From positions 1-62,784 of the forward strand of contig CADBNT010000029.1 in NCBI GenBank assembly GCA_902796125.1: a DNA stretch of 62,784 nucleotides. The letters run 5' to 3'. The notes below the pieces were generated by a model. That model did not search any database and was not told the origin of the DNA. It worked only from the letters and a program-made list of their open reading frames with translations. Numbering within the stretch: position 1 is the stretch's first letter; the number at the start of each line of letters is the position of its first letter. The position numbers and the translations under genes were made by a program. Origin of the DNA: an uncultured Erysipelotrichaceae bacterium (lineage in GTDB: Bacteria; Bacillota_I; Bacilli_A; RFN20; CAG-826). This document shows, piece by piece, positions 8,174 to 18,149 of this stretch.

Positions 8174-10891
8174 TTATTTACCTAAGACGCCTTTACATCT
8201 TTCACAAACGCAGGTCTCATCATCAACTGGATAGAGTTTTTCAACATAGTTCCAGCAACGTGGGCATTTCTGAGCGTCAATATGTTTAACTTCTAGCTTA
8301 TCACCAATAATAGCTTTGCTAACGATGAATAGTCTAGCAAGTTCATCTTCTTTTTTATCTAAACCAAGTTTCACTAATAAACCTGATTTTGGAAGGACTA
8401 GTAATGCTTCTTGAGAAGAACCAATAACACCTGAAGCACGGACTTCTTCGATTGCTTTATTTACTTCATCACGTAAATTCATGAAGGATTTATAGTCAGC
8501 AAGAACTGATTTATCAAATTCATGAGATACTTCTGGATAATCAAGTAACGCAGCAGATTTGCCGTTATAGTCAGGCATATTGTTGTGTACTTCTTCCATT
8601 GTAAATGGAAGGACAGGAGTTAACATTCTCATAAGTTCACTTGAAACTTTGTAAATGACATTCTGGACTTGTTTACGACGTAATGAATCTTTAGCGTTAC
8701 AGTAAAGAATGTCTTTAGCGATATCAAGATAGAAACTTGAAAGGTCGGTGGACATAAATGTCATAATGCGAGACATGGCACTAGAGAAATCAAAATTATC
8801 AAATCTAGCAATCACATCATTCTTCACATCTTCAAGTGTAGCGAGAATAAACTTATCCACTGCTTCAAATTCATTCACTTTATCTTTAGTAGGATCAAAT
8901 TTAGAATCCGCTCCATTTGATAAGTTTCCTAAAAGGAACTTGAAGGTATTACGAATCTTACGATATTGTTCTGCAACTTGTCTTAAGAGGTTTTCACTAA
9001 TGCGGACATCTTGTTGATAATCAACAGTTGCAACCCAAAGACGAAGGATATCAGCACCAAATAAGTTACACATCTTAAGTGGATCAACACCGTTTCCTTT
9101 TGATTTATGCATTTGTTCACCATGCTCGTCTAAAACCCAACCATGAGAGACAACTGCTTTATAAGGAGCTTTATCGTAAATGGCGGTTGAAACAGTAAGT
9201 GAAGAGTTAAACCAACCACGATATTGATCGCTACCTTCTAAATAAAGTTCGCTTGGGAAAGCGTGGCCGCCTTTACATAAGACAGCATCAAAGGAAGAGC
9301 CGCTATCAAACCAAACATCCATGATGTCTTTTTCTTTAGTGAAAACACCATTTGGTGAATGGGCATTTTTATATCCTTTTGGAAGGAAGAATTCGGCCTC
9401 TTTTTCATACCAAATATCACTTCCATATTCTTTGAATATGTTTACGATATTATCAAAGACTTCTTTTTCAATAATTGGAGTCTTATCTTCCGCATAAATA
9501 ATTGGGATTGGGACACCCCAAATTCTTTGTCGAGAAATACACCAGTCAGTGCGGTCTTTGATCATATTGGTCATACGATCTTTGCCCCACGAAGGCATCC
9601 ATTTAACTTTATCGACTTCGCTTAAAAGTTCATCTTTAATCTTGCCGATTGAACAGAACCATTGAGGTGTAGCTCTAAAGATAAGAGGTTTACCAGTTCT
9701 CCAGTCATGAGGATAACTATGGCAAATTTCATCACATTTAAGTAATGAACCATTTTCTTTAATGATATCTAAGACGACTTTATTGGCGTCTTCATAGAAG
9801 AGTCCGGCGAGTTTTTCACCACATTCTTCGCTCATTCTACCTTTATCATCAACAGGGCAATATGGTTGAATGTTATATTTTTGACAAACAGTAAAGTCAT
9901 CAACACCGTGTCCAGGAGCGGTATGAACTAAACCTGTACCAGATTCATTCGTAACGTGTTCGCCAACGATGATGACGCTTTCACGGTCATAGAATGGGTG
10001 TTTAGTCTTAACAAACTCAAGATCTTGTCCTTTAAATGATTTAATTTCTTTGCATTCACTTAAGCCAAGTTCTTCCATTAAGCGGTCTTTGAATTCTTTT
10101 AAGAGAATTAAGTCACCTTTATTAGTGTGATATAAAGCGTATTCAAATCTTGGATGGACAGAAATTGCTAAGTTAGCAGGAAGAGTCCATGGAGTGGTTG
10201 TCCAAATAACAGCTTTTGATCCATTTGGTACAACGCCTTTTCCATCAATTACATCAAAGGCGACATAAATGGCGTAGCTACTAACATCTTTATATTCAAT
10301 CTCAGCTTCTGCTAAAGCAGATTCACTGCTCCAAGACCAGTAAACTGGTTTAAGACCTTTATAGATAAGACCTCTAAGTGCCATCTTCGCGAATACTTCG
10401 ATTTGATTGGCTTCGTATTCTTTCTTTAAAGTAAGATAGGCATTTTCATAATCGCCCATAACACCTAGACGAACGATTTGTTCTTTTTGATGGGCGACTT
10501 GCTTTAAAGCATATTCACGACATTTTTGTCTAAATTCACTTGTTGGGGTGGTTTTACGGTTAACACCTTGTTTAATAACTTGGTTTTCAATTGGAAGACC
10601 ATGTGTGTCAAAACCAAAAATGAAAGGAACATAATAACCTGACATCGTTTTATAGCGAACAATGAAGTCTTTTAAAATGCGGTTAAGCATATGACCACAG
10701 TGAATATCTCCATTCGCATATGGAGGACCATCATGGAAGGAATATTCTTTTCTTCCTTCACGGTTTTTAAGCATTTGTTCATATAAATGTTCATCTTGCC
10801 ATTTTTTAACAAGCACTGGTTCTTTGACATTAAGATTACCTCTCATTTCAAATCCAGTGACTGGCATAAGTAACGTATTTTTAAGTTCCAT
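8174..10891 (-). CDS. ileS: isoleucine--tRNA ligase
   Basis: 905 aa. HIGH-type motif (PPYANGDIHCGH), KMSKS (HKSKGN) and C-terminal Zn-finger cysteines. Confidence 0.97.
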   Translation of the reverse strand: MELKNTLLMPVTGFEMRGNLNVKEPVLVKKWQDEHLYEQMLKNREGRKEYSFHDGPPYANGDIHCGHMLNRILKDFIVRYKTMSGYYVPFIFGFDTHGLPIENQVIKQGVNRKTTPTSEFRQKCREYALKQVAHQKEQIVRLGVMGDYENAYLTLKKEYEANQIEVFAKMALRGLIYKGLKPVYWSWSSESALAEAEIEYKDVSSYAIYVAFDVIDGKGVVPNGSKAVIWTTTPWTLPANLAISVHPRFEYALYHTNKGDLILLKEFKDRLMEELGLSECKEIKSFKGQDLEFVKTKHPFYDRESVIIVGEHVTNESGTGLVHTAPGHGVDDFTVCQKYNIQPYCPVDDKGRMSEECGEKLAGLFYEDANKVVLDIIKENGSLLKCDEICHSYPHDWRTGKPLIFRATPQWFCSIGKIKDELLSEVDKVKWMPSWGKDRMTNMIKDRTDWCISRQRIWGVPIPIIYAEDKTPIIEKEVFDNIVNIFKEYGSDIWYEKEAEFFLPKGYKNAHSPNGVFTKEKDIMDVWFDSGSSFDAVLCKGGHAFPSELYLEGSDQYRGWFNSSLTVSTAIYDKAPYKAVVSHGWVLDEHGEQMHKSKGNGVDPLKMCNLFGADILRLWVATVDYQQDVRISENLLRQVAEQYRKIRNTFKFLLGNLSNGADSKFDPTKDKVNEFEAVDKFILATLEDVKNDVIARFDNFDFSSAMSRIMTFMSTDLSSFYLDIAKDILYCNAKDSLRRKQVQNVIYKVSSELMRMLTPVLPFTMEEVHNNMPDYNGKSAALLDYPEVSHEFDKSVLADYKSFMNLRDEVNKAIEEVRASGVIGSSQEALLVLPKSGLLVKLGLDKKEDELARLFIVSKAIIGDKLEVKHIDAQKCPRCWNYVEKLYPVDDETCVCERCKGVLGK

Positions 10892-11090
10892 ATTCTTTTC
10901 CTTTCAAATTAAAAGCGTCCATCTTAAGGGCGCTTTCACGTGGTACCACCTTAATTCTATAACTATGTTATAGCACTTAATGTTGTCTTATAACGGAGAC
11001 TCCGGAGGCTTACTATCTTTCAGCTCTCATACAAAGAAGTGATATTAAGCTAAATATTGTCTAGAGCTTCCACCGTCCTCTAGTCGCTAA
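10892..11090 (-). promoter_or_regulatory. T-box leader (Ile) upstream of ileS
   Basis: Minus strand has AAGGTGGTACCACG (core ~10937-10952), then AGCGCCC-ttaagat-GGACGCT plus TTTTAATTT. Candidate specifier is ATC-A at ~11041-11043. Confidence 0.75.
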
Positions 11091-11125
11091 TACAAGGGAT
11101 TTAGTTAACTTGTCTTCTAGGAAAA

Positions 11126-12247
11126 TTAATCAATGTTTTTGTCTTTGAGGAAGTTTGGAAGGAAGCCATGAGAGGCATCTTCAGTTTCTTCAAATTCATC
11201 GTTTGATTTGACTTCTTCTTTATTAGCTTCTTCAGATTGGGTTGATAAAACAGAATTAACTGGCTTTTCAAAAGCTGGAACAGCTGTAAAGTCAAAGTCT
11301 TCTGTAAAGTCACTAGCGATGACGCTGACTAAGATTTGATCAGTTAACTGATCGTTGATTGAAACACCGAATTTAATATCGACACTGCTACCAGCAGCTT
11401 CAATAATACGGTCAACTGTTTCTTGGGCTTCAAATAAAGATACTTGAGAGCCACATGTAACAGCACAAATGGCTCTACGAGCGCCGTTAATGCTAGCTTC
11501 AAGTAAAGGTGAGCTAATAGCATTTTGAGCGGCTTCTTGAGCCTTATTTGGGCCTTGTCCCATACCAAATCCGATAAGGGCGATGCCAGAATCTTTTAAT
11601 GTATTTCTTACATCAGCAAAATCGAGGTTAATGAATGCTGGCATAAGAATTAAATCGGTGACAGTTTTAACTGATTGAGCAAGAACTCGATCAGATTCTG
11701 CGAAGGCATCTGAAATTGGAGATGTGCCTGACACCATAAGTAACTTATCGTTAGAAACGATAATTATGGAGTCAACTGCATCCTTAAGTTCATTTAAGCC
11801 TTCAACAGAGTTAGCAATTCTCTTTTTACCTTCAAAGGTAAATGGACGAGTAACAATTGCAACGGTTAAAGCACCTTCTTCTTTAGCGACGCTGGCAATT
11901 ACAGGTGCGGCACCTGTACCAGTGCCTCCGCCCATACCGGCTGCGATAAAGACAAGATTTGCGCCTTTAACGATATCTCTAATTTGTTCAATGCTAGCTT
12001 CAGCAGCAGCTTTTCCAACTGCTGGATCACCACCAGCACCAAGACCATCGGTAATTTCTTCACCAAGAACTAAGCGATTAGGAGCTTTAGATGTCGATAA
12101 AGCTTGTCGATCTGTATTGACGACATAAAATTCGACTGATGAAATATTTTCATCAATCATACGATTAACTGCGTTATTTCCAGCACCACCGACACCGATA
12201 ACGACGATGCGGGCCACAGCTTCATAATTTTCTAAATTATCTGGCAT
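11126..12247 (-). CDS. ftsZ: cell division GTPase FtsZ
   Basis: 373 aa. GGGTGTG tubulin signature and C-terminal FLPNFLK tail peptide. Confidence 0.97.
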   Translation of the reverse strand: MPDNLENYEAVARIVVIGVGGAGNNAVNRMIDENISSVEFYVVNTDRQALSTSKAPNRLVLGEEITDGLGAGGDPAVGKAAAEASIEQIRDIVKGANLVFIAAGMGGGTGTGAAPVIASVAKEEGALTVAIVTRPFTFEGKKRIANSVEGLNELKDAVDSIIIVSNDKLLMVSGTSPISDAFAESDRVLAQSVKTVTDLILMPAFINLDFADVRNTLKDSGIALIGFGMGQGPNKAQEAAQNAISSPLLEASINGARRAICAVTCGSQVSLFEAQETVDRIIEAAGSSVDIKFGVSINDQLTDQILVSVIASDFTEDFDFTAVPAFEKPVNSVLSTQSEEANKEEVKSNDEFEETEDASHGFLPNFLKDKNID

Positions 12248-12258
12248 ATTAGTTCTCC

Positions 12259-13455
12259 TTATTCTTCGTTTTTTTCACCAACTCGTTCTACTGGGGATAC
12301 TCTCGCTCTTTGATCGGAGAGTGTTCCTTTATAGTGAGTGGAGACGACAAGTGCTCCAAGTGAAGCACAATATTTCGGGTTACGCGCTCCTACAACGTGT
12401 GGGGAGATAAACGTAACTGATTCATTTTCTTTAAATTTCTCTTGTAAGAGTTTTTGGACACCTTTTAGTTTACTAAACCCGCCAGTAACAATGATTGGAA
12501 GTTGAGCAACTCTTTTAGAGTATCCAGTGAGCAATGTCGCAAGTCCAACATCGAGTTGTTTGAAGTAGAATTCGCTAAAGAACTCTTCGATGACTCTATT
12601 TAAGTCAGTAACGCTCTTATCAGAGATGCCGCTTGAGATTATTGGATCAAACGATAATTCTCTATCCGATATTCCATATAGTTCCATAAGCTCAGTTGCT
12701 TTAAGTGGATCAATATCGAACTCATCAGCAATTTGAAGCGATAAGTCGTTACCACCTAACAAGATAACATTGGAGTTAAATAAGCTATTGCCTCCAACAA
12801 GCGAGAGCGTGGTCGAGCCTGCACCCATATCCATGATGAGATAGTTATTTGGAGATAACTTCGCTGATTTTAGATATTCCATAGTGGCATAGCTTGAGAC
12901 CATAAGTCTTCTTACGTGTATGCCAGCAGACTCTACAACGCGCTTATAATCGTCTATTACGCGTGAAGGCATTGAATGAACCTTCGCTCTCAAAGAGAGA
13001 GTATTGGATTTTTGACCAATTGGAGGTTCAACAAATGTTCCAGTTTGTTCAAGAACAAAGAAATCAGGAATAATATCAACAATCTCTGAACCACTTGTGA
13101 CTCTTTCCTTTTGCACTAAAGAAAGGACGTTTTGAATATCGATCGCTTCAATAATGCTAGTTGGAGAGACAACGTTAGTAGTTTTATCAGTTTGGAATAT
13201 TTCTAAACCTAAAGGTGGAACAATAACGCTGGCCTCTGAAATAGTTAATCTAAGTCTTAAAGCTTCATCAGAAATTTTGCGCATGTTCGCTAAAACATCA
13301 ACAAGTCCGTTAAAGTCAGCAATTTCACCACGAGTAACTAATCCTTCGATTGGTCTTTCAGTGGAATAGACGATAACTGGATTATTATCTAAAACATTGC
13401 CGACAACTAAGCGAGCAACGGTATTAGTTATTTCAATGACTGCATATTGTTTCAT
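12259..13455 (-). CDS. ftsA: cell division protein FtsA
   Basis: 398 aa actin-fold ATPase (DMGAGSTT), immediately upstream of ftsZ. Confidence 0.9.
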   Translation of the reverse strand: MKQYAVIEITNTVARLVVGNVLDNNPVIVYSTERPIEGLVTRGEIADFNGLVDVLANMRKISDEALRLRLTISEASVIVPPLGLEIFQTDKTTNVVSPTSIIEAIDIQNVLSLVQKERVTSGSEIVDIIPDFFVLEQTGTFVEPPIGQKSNTLSLRAKVHSMPSRVIDDYKRVVESAGIHVRRLMVSSYATMEYLKSAKLSPNNYLIMDMGAGSTTLSLVGGNSLFNSNVILLGGNDLSLQIADEFDIDPLKATELMELYGISDRELSFDPIISSGISDKSVTDLNRVIEEFFSEFYFKQLDVGLATLLTGYSKRVAQLPIIVTGGFSKLKGVQKLLQEKFKENESVTFISPHVVGARNPKYCASLGALVVSTHYKGTLSDQRARVSPVERVGEKNEE

Positions 13456-13532
13456 ATTTATCTAAGAATATATTTTATATATTGGTAAGTAATATCGCAA
13501 TAGAAAGTTAAAATTCATAATTGTAAGTAAAA

Positions 13533-13554
13533 GAAAAAGGCCACAAATGTGGCC
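13533..13554 (-). terminator. intrinsic terminator ending the mraZ-rsmH-small ORF operon
   Basis: Minus strand reads GGCCACA-tt-TGTGGCC followed by TTTTTCTTTT. Confidence 0.75.
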
Positions 13555-13572
13555 AATTACTTTTGCTATTTA

Positions 13573-13734
13573 TTAACGTGAAGTCTCTTGCACGTGGACA
13601 TCGTTATATACGCTGACGCCCACTGGGATGGCCACCGCTGCAAGGATTCCAATAGAAATTAAGGAGACAATTAAAATTTGTCTAAAACGATAGAATGGTT
13701 TTTTATGATTGAATTTGACAAGTTTGTCTTTCAT
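13573..13734 (-). CDS. 53-aa single-pass membrane protein in the FtsL position of the dcw cluster (absent from the ORF track)
   Basis: Hand translation: MKDKLVKFNHKKPFYRFRQILIVSLISIGILAAVAIPVGVSVYNDVHVQETSR*. Its ATG overlaps the rsmH TGA (ATGA). It has a basic N-terminus, one TM segment, and a terminator right after. Confidence 0.6.
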   Translation of the reverse strand: MKDKLVKFNHKKPFYRFRQILIVSLISIGILAAVAIPVGVSVYNDVHVQETSR

Positions 13735-14669
13735 AACCTAATCCTTTCTATCACCCTTAACTTCGCCGATTTGCTTCTTGGGTTATTTAAAAGTTCCTCA
13801 TCGCTAGCAGTAATAACTTTGTTATTAACTAAACGATATTTTGGAAGATCTTCTTCGGAAGGAAGTTTGTAGATATTATGTCTATCCCCTTCAACCTTCG
13901 CGACTTCTTGAAACGCCTTCTTCACGATCCTATCTTCGAGAGAATGGAAGGTGATGACGGCCAGCCGACCGCCTAATGAGAGGATTTCAAGTGCGTCCCT
14001 CACGGCGGTCTTTAGAGCTCCAAGTTCATCATTTACTTCGATACGCAAGGCTTGAAATATCTGCTTTGCTGGATGCCCTTTTTTGGCTAGTTCCTTCATC
14101 GGTTTAACCGACTTGATGATTTCTACAAGCTCATCTGTCGTCTGGATCGGTTTATTAACCCTCATGTCTACGATACGCTTGGCGATTGGATATGCGTATT
14201 TATCCTCGCCGTACTCCCGAAAAACCCTCGTCAGATCCTTGAGACTATACGTATTGACTACGTCATAGGCTGTTAATGACTGACGACGATCCATTCTCAT
14301 GTCGAGTTTCGCTGATTCTCTATAAGAGAAACCACGTTCGGCACAATCGAACTGAGGAGATGACACTCCTAAGTCCATGAGGATCCCATCAACAGATGCG
14401 ATGTGTTTTGTATATAGCACTTCTTTGAAGTTTCGGAAATCTTCCCAAACTATTTCGAAGTTACTACCAACTTTGGAAAGTCGCTCTTTTGATTCTTCAA
14501 TTGCGACTTGATCTTTATCAAACCCAATGAGTTTTCCATCCTTGAGACATCTGAGAATCTCACAACTATGTCCTGCACGACCAAGAGTCAAATCGACATA
14601 GGTTCCGTTGGGTTTGATATCAAGTGAATCAATGACTTCGTTCAGTAATACTGGAATGTGCTTAGTCAT
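13731..14669 (-). CDS. rsmH: 16S rRNA (cytosine1402-N4)-methyltransferase
   Basis: 312 aa. MraW family (HIPVLLNEV, DLTLGRAGHS), downstream of mraZ. Confidence 0.95.
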   Translation of the reverse strand: MTKHIPVLLNEVIDSLDIKPNGTYVDLTLGRAGHSCEILRCLKDGKLIGFDKDQVAIEESKERLSKVGSNFEIVWEDFRNFKEVLYTKHIASVDGILMDLGVSSPQFDCAERGFSYRESAKLDMRMDRRQSLTAYDVVNTYSLKDLTRVFREYGEDKYAYPIAKRIVDMRVNKPIQTTDELVEIIKSVKPMKELAKKGHPAKQIFQALRIEVNDELGALKTAVRDALEILSLGGRLAVITFHSLEDRIVKKAFQEVAKVEGDRHNIYKLPSEEDLPKYRLVNNKVITASDEELLNNPRSKSAKLRVIERIRL

Positions 14670-15096
14670 TGTTCTTCTTTAGAAGCTGTTCAGATTTAGC
14701 TTCGTAGGCCGCTTCGTTTTCTTTGACGTATTCATCCCATCGAGCTTTGGCCCATACTTCGATGTGATCAAACATTCCAATAACCACCACTTCCTTACCA
14801 ATTTTGTATTTGTTCACTAAGGCAGTAGGTATTTGAATGCGTGATGCTTTATCAACTTCGAGTTCTGAAACTGAAGATAAAGCGATACGACTAACATCGC
14901 GGGAGTCTTTATCTAGGAACGAAAAGTTCGCTAATTGAGACATGTATTCATTAAAGCTTTCTTCAGGATAGAGAGCTAAGCAGCCATCATAACCTTTGAG
15001 GATGAAAAGCTTCTCGCCAATTTGTCCACGCATCTTGCTTGGAATTACGAGACGATTCTTATCATCGAGGAAATGAACGAAACTACCGAAATACAT
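14662..15096 (-). CDS. mraZ: transcriptional regulator MraZ
   Basis: Two DxxxR SpoVT/AbrB-like repeats (LDDKNRLVIP, VDKASRIQIP). Start moved to MYFGSF.. at 15096, because the track ORF's extra 31 aa run through the promoter and operator. Confidence 0.9.
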   Translation of the reverse strand: MYFGSFVHFLDDKNRLVIPSKMRGQIGEKLFILKGYDGCLALYPEESFNEYMSQLANFSFLDKDSRDVSRIALSSVSELEVDKASRIQIPTALVNKYKIGKEVVVIGMFDHIEVWAKARWDEYVKENEAAYEAKSEQLLKKNND

Positions 15097-15100
15097 TTTG

Positions 15101-15118
15101 TCCCACTTTCTCCCACTT
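15101..15118 (-). promoter_or_regulatory. two direct AAGTGGGA repeats, 10-bp phased (candidate MraZ operator)
   Basis: Plus strand has TCCCACTT at 15101-15108 and 15111-15118, between the -10 box and the mraZ ATG. Confidence 0.55.
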
Positions 15119-15127
15119 GGTGATTTT

Positions 15128-15157
15128 ATTATAACTTTAAGCGTGAAAATTTGTAAA
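15128..15157 (-). promoter_or_regulatory. sigma-A type promoter of the dcw operon
   Basis: Minus strand has TTTACA (15152-15157), an 18-nt spacer, then TATAAT (15128-15133). Confidence 0.6.
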
Positions 15158-15249
15158 TACTTTTTTACGTGTGTAAATAAAAACGCCAACGTGAGTTGAC
15201 GTCATTACTTTCAGTAACACTACTAATTTAGTAGTTTTTTGGTAGAAAA

Positions 15250-15744
15250 TTAATTATCAAAATCAAAGTCTTTCAGAGCATCAAATTTAGAGTTTCCTTG
15301 TTCCTCTTTTTCTTTCAAAAGTTCGTCTTCAGAGAGGATTCTATAGCCCTTTCCGCTATTAGGAAGAGTAGCTCCAGGAGCCTTCGGAGAAGCTGGAATT
15401 GATGCAGAAAGAAGATCGAATAGATAATCATCCATTTCAATAAGATTGCCTTTATATGAGATGAATTCTTCATCTCCTTCAACATTAGAAAAGTGTAAAT
15501 TATCTTTGGCTTTGATATTGCTATCAAAGGGCTTCAAAGAATATGAACACTGTAATAAAACTTCAGCTTTTAATGAAATATTAACATCGATAAACTCGCT
15601 GTAATTATGAACAGTTAAATCGACGTGACACTTCTTCACCTCTAGTAAAGGTGGATGGCAAACATATTTTTCCTTGTCGAAAATAATGTCTTCACTATAA
15701 ATAGTGTCTTTTAAATCATTCAACTTAGAAACATCGATTTTCAT
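15250..15744 (-). CDS. YceD/DUF177 family ribosome-maturation-associated protein
   Basis: 164 aa, acidic, with a layout typical of DUF177. No rpmF follows it here. Confidence 0.6.
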   Translation of the reverse strand: MKIDVSKLNDLKDTIYSEDIIFDKEKYVCHPPLLEVKKCHVDLTVHNYSEFIDVNISLKAEVLLQCSYSLKPFDSNIKAKDNLHFSNVEGDEEFISYKGNLIEMDDYLFDLLSASIPASPKAPGATLPNSGKGYRILSEDELLKEKEEQGNSKFDALKDFDFDN

Positions 15745-18137
15745 TATTTACGTAATTCTGCTCCAAACTTAGAGACTAAAGTATTTACAATGCTTGTCTC
15801 TAAAGCATTAACTTCTTGTTCGTTAAGAGTCTTTTCAAGAGAACCAAGATAAACTGAAATGGCTAAAGAATAGAAACCTGGCTTAATATGTTCACCACGA
15901 TATACATCGAAAACTTTAACATCATTAATAAGTTCACGGTTAATCTTCTTAATTTCATTAACTACTTCTGAAGAAGTAACTTTATCTTGAAGGACTAAAG
16001 CGAAGTCACGTTTTACAGATGGGAAGCGGGAAATAGCAGCCATCTTCTTTGCACCTACTTTAACCCCAAACAAGACACCTAAATCCATTTCAAGAGCGAC
16101 AACATTAACTTTCTCAAGATGATATTTCTTTTTGGTAACAGGATGAAGTTCACCAAAGACAGCTGCTACTTTACCATCAAGTTTTAAAATAGCAGATCTT
16201 CCTGGATGGAATTCATTAACGTTTGCAGCTTCTAAGCGTGCGCGTTTATCTTCAATACCAAATAATTTAAGAAGAGCGTCAACAATACCTTTCATATGGT
16301 AATAGTTATATTCATCGCCTTTAAGCGCTTCATGTCTTTCATCATTTCCAGAAAGAACAATGCCGAGATGAATATGTTTATTATTCTCTTTTGAGAATAA
16401 ATCACTTACTTCAAAGAACGCCAAATTTTCATTTTTATGATTGAGGTTATAAATCAAATCATTCATCAAAGATGGAAGTAGATTAGTGCGAACATATTCA
16501 TGTTCATCAGTAAGTGGATTCATAACATTATAAGCTTCATCTTTATTTAAGATAGCGAAGTCTTTGACTTCTGCCTCTCTCATTAAAGAATAGTTCACTA
16601 CTTCATCTAATCCGATTCCACGAAGGTAGTTTCTAACTTCGCGCTTATGAGCGAGATCTTCACCAAGACCACCAACGCTAAGTTGCATCATTGGAAGTTC
16701 ACTCTTAACGTGTTCGAATCCAAGGATTCGGATTACTTCTTCGCTTAAGTCACATGCTCCACCGATATCGATTCTTGAATCAGGAATTAAAGCGGAGAAT
16801 TTATCGCCTTTAACATCGACTTTAATAAATGCTGCTTCAAGAGCCTTAACGATATCTTCATTAGAGAAAGATGTTCCTAAACGATCATTGATTTCTTTAA
16901 AGCAACATTCAATGACTTTTGGAGAATATTTATCTTTTAGATAAGTAACAGTTTTACCAACCTCTTTAGCCTCACATAACTCAGAGATAAGTTCAGCAGT
17001 TAAATCCATGACAAATTCATATTGATTTGGATTGATACCTTTAACAAATCTCTGCGATGAATCGGAGCTGAGATTGAGTCTAATCGATGTTCTTCTAATA
17101 GAAGCATAATCAAAGTTCGCAGCTTCAATGACAACATTCTTTGTCTTTTCATCCACTGCACATTCTAATGAACCCATAACTCCACCAAGACACATGACTT
17201 TACCGTTTGAAGTAATCGAAATGTCTCCTTTTTGAAGTTTATAAGTCTTTTCATCTAATGCAACAAAGTCGCCTTCTATATCATCTCTAACGACAAGTTC
17301 CTTTTTAGGAAGCTTATCAAGATCATACATGTGAAGTGGTTGACCTGTAACGAGCATTACATAGTTACCGATATCTACGATATTATTGATAGAACGAATC
17401 CCACTAGAACGTAATAAGTCTTGCATCCATTTTGGTGATTCTTTAACGTGAATGCCTTTAATAAGTCTAGATGAGAATTGAGGACATTTATCGGTTAAAG
17501 AACTTACTGGAACTTCTTCATTTAAGTTAATATTAACTTTTGGAGAAGGAAGTATAACTTCCTTGCCAAATAAAGTCTTCATTTCTTTAGCGACATTTAA
17601 AATTGAATATAAGTCGCTTCTATTCGCGAGTAATTTTAAATCGATAATCACATCATCAAGACCAAGTAGACCTAAGACGTTTTCATCTCCTACCACCGAA
17701 TCAACTGGTAATTCTTCAATTCCAGCTTTTTGATAGTCGGATAAATATTTAGCGTCTACGCCAAGTTCAAGAAGGGAACAAAGCATACCTTCTGAATCAT
17801 GGCCGCGGATTTTGCCTTTCTTAATAGTTCCACCTGGGAGCTTTGCTCCATCAGTAGCGACGATGACCTTAAGTCCTTTACGAACATTAGGGGCACCACA
17901 AACAATATGGAGGACACCATATTTAGCACCAGCATTAACAGTAGTTAAATGAAGATGATCGCTATCAGGCATATTCTCACAAGTTAAAACTTCACCAACG
18001 ACGAGGTTAGTGCCACTTGCAAGAGTTTCGATAGATTCAACTTCGACACCAGCAAAGGTAAAACGTCTAGCGATTTCATTAACATCTAAACCGTCTAAAT
18101 CGACAAACTTTTTAACAAAATTAAGTGAAACTTTCAT
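15744..18137 (-). CDS. pheT: phenylalanine--tRNA ligase beta subunit
   Basis: 797 aa. tRNA-binding, B3/B4, B5 and FDX-ACB domain order. Follows pheS. Confidence 0.96.
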   Translation of the reverse strand: MKVSLNFVKKFVDLDGLDVNEIARRFTFAGVEVESIETLASGTNLVVGEVLTCENMPDSDHLHLTTVNAGAKYGVLHIVCGAPNVRKGLKVIVATDGAKLPGGTIKKGKIRGHDSEGMLCSLLELGVDAKYLSDYQKAGIEELPVDSVVGDENVLGLLGLDDVIIDLKLLANRSDLYSILNVAKEMKTLFGKEVILPSPKVNINLNEEVPVSSLTDKCPQFSSRLIKGIHVKESPKWMQDLLRSSGIRSINNIVDIGNYVMLVTGQPLHMYDLDKLPKKELVVRDDIEGDFVALDEKTYKLQKGDISITSNGKVMCLGGVMGSLECAVDEKTKNVVIEAANFDYASIRRTSIRLNLSSDSSQRFVKGINPNQYEFVMDLTAELISELCEAKEVGKTVTYLKDKYSPKVIECCFKEINDRLGTSFSNEDIVKALEAAFIKVDVKGDKFSALIPDSRIDIGGACDLSEEVIRILGFEHVKSELPMMQLSVGGLGEDLAHKREVRNYLRGIGLDEVVNYSLMREAEVKDFAILNKDEAYNVMNPLTDEHEYVRTNLLPSLMNDLIYNLNHKNENLAFFEVSDLFSKENNKHIHLGIVLSGNDERHEALKGDEYNYYHMKGIVDALLKLFGIEDKRARLEAANVNEFHPGRSAILKLDGKVAAVFGELHPVTKKKYHLEKVNVVALEMDLGVLFGVKVGAKKMAAISRFPSVKRDFALVLQDKVTSSEVVNEIKKINRELINDVKVFDVYRGEHIKPGFYSLAISVYLGSLEKTLNEQEVNALETSIVNTLVSKFGAELRK

Positions 18138-18149
18138 TGTCTTTACCTC

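Noticed and set aside
11724-12128. 134-aa plus-strand ORF inside ftsZ, and similar long antisense ORFs (e.g. 61350-61805, 41471-41785, 55349-55693, 35381-35692, 44110-44409)
   Set aside because: These are shadow ORFs on the opposite strand or in an alternative frame of strongly conserved genes. Their composition is low-complexity or biased, they have no SD, and they show no family resemblance.
14662-15189. Long N-terminal extensions given by the ORF track for mraZ (to 15189), iscS (to 50719), mutS2 (to 5560) and the small lipoprotein (TTG at 42228)
   Set aside because: The extensions cross promoters or operators, or overlap upstream genes heavily. Conserved N-termini begin at the internal ATGs, so I trimmed the coordinates accordingly.
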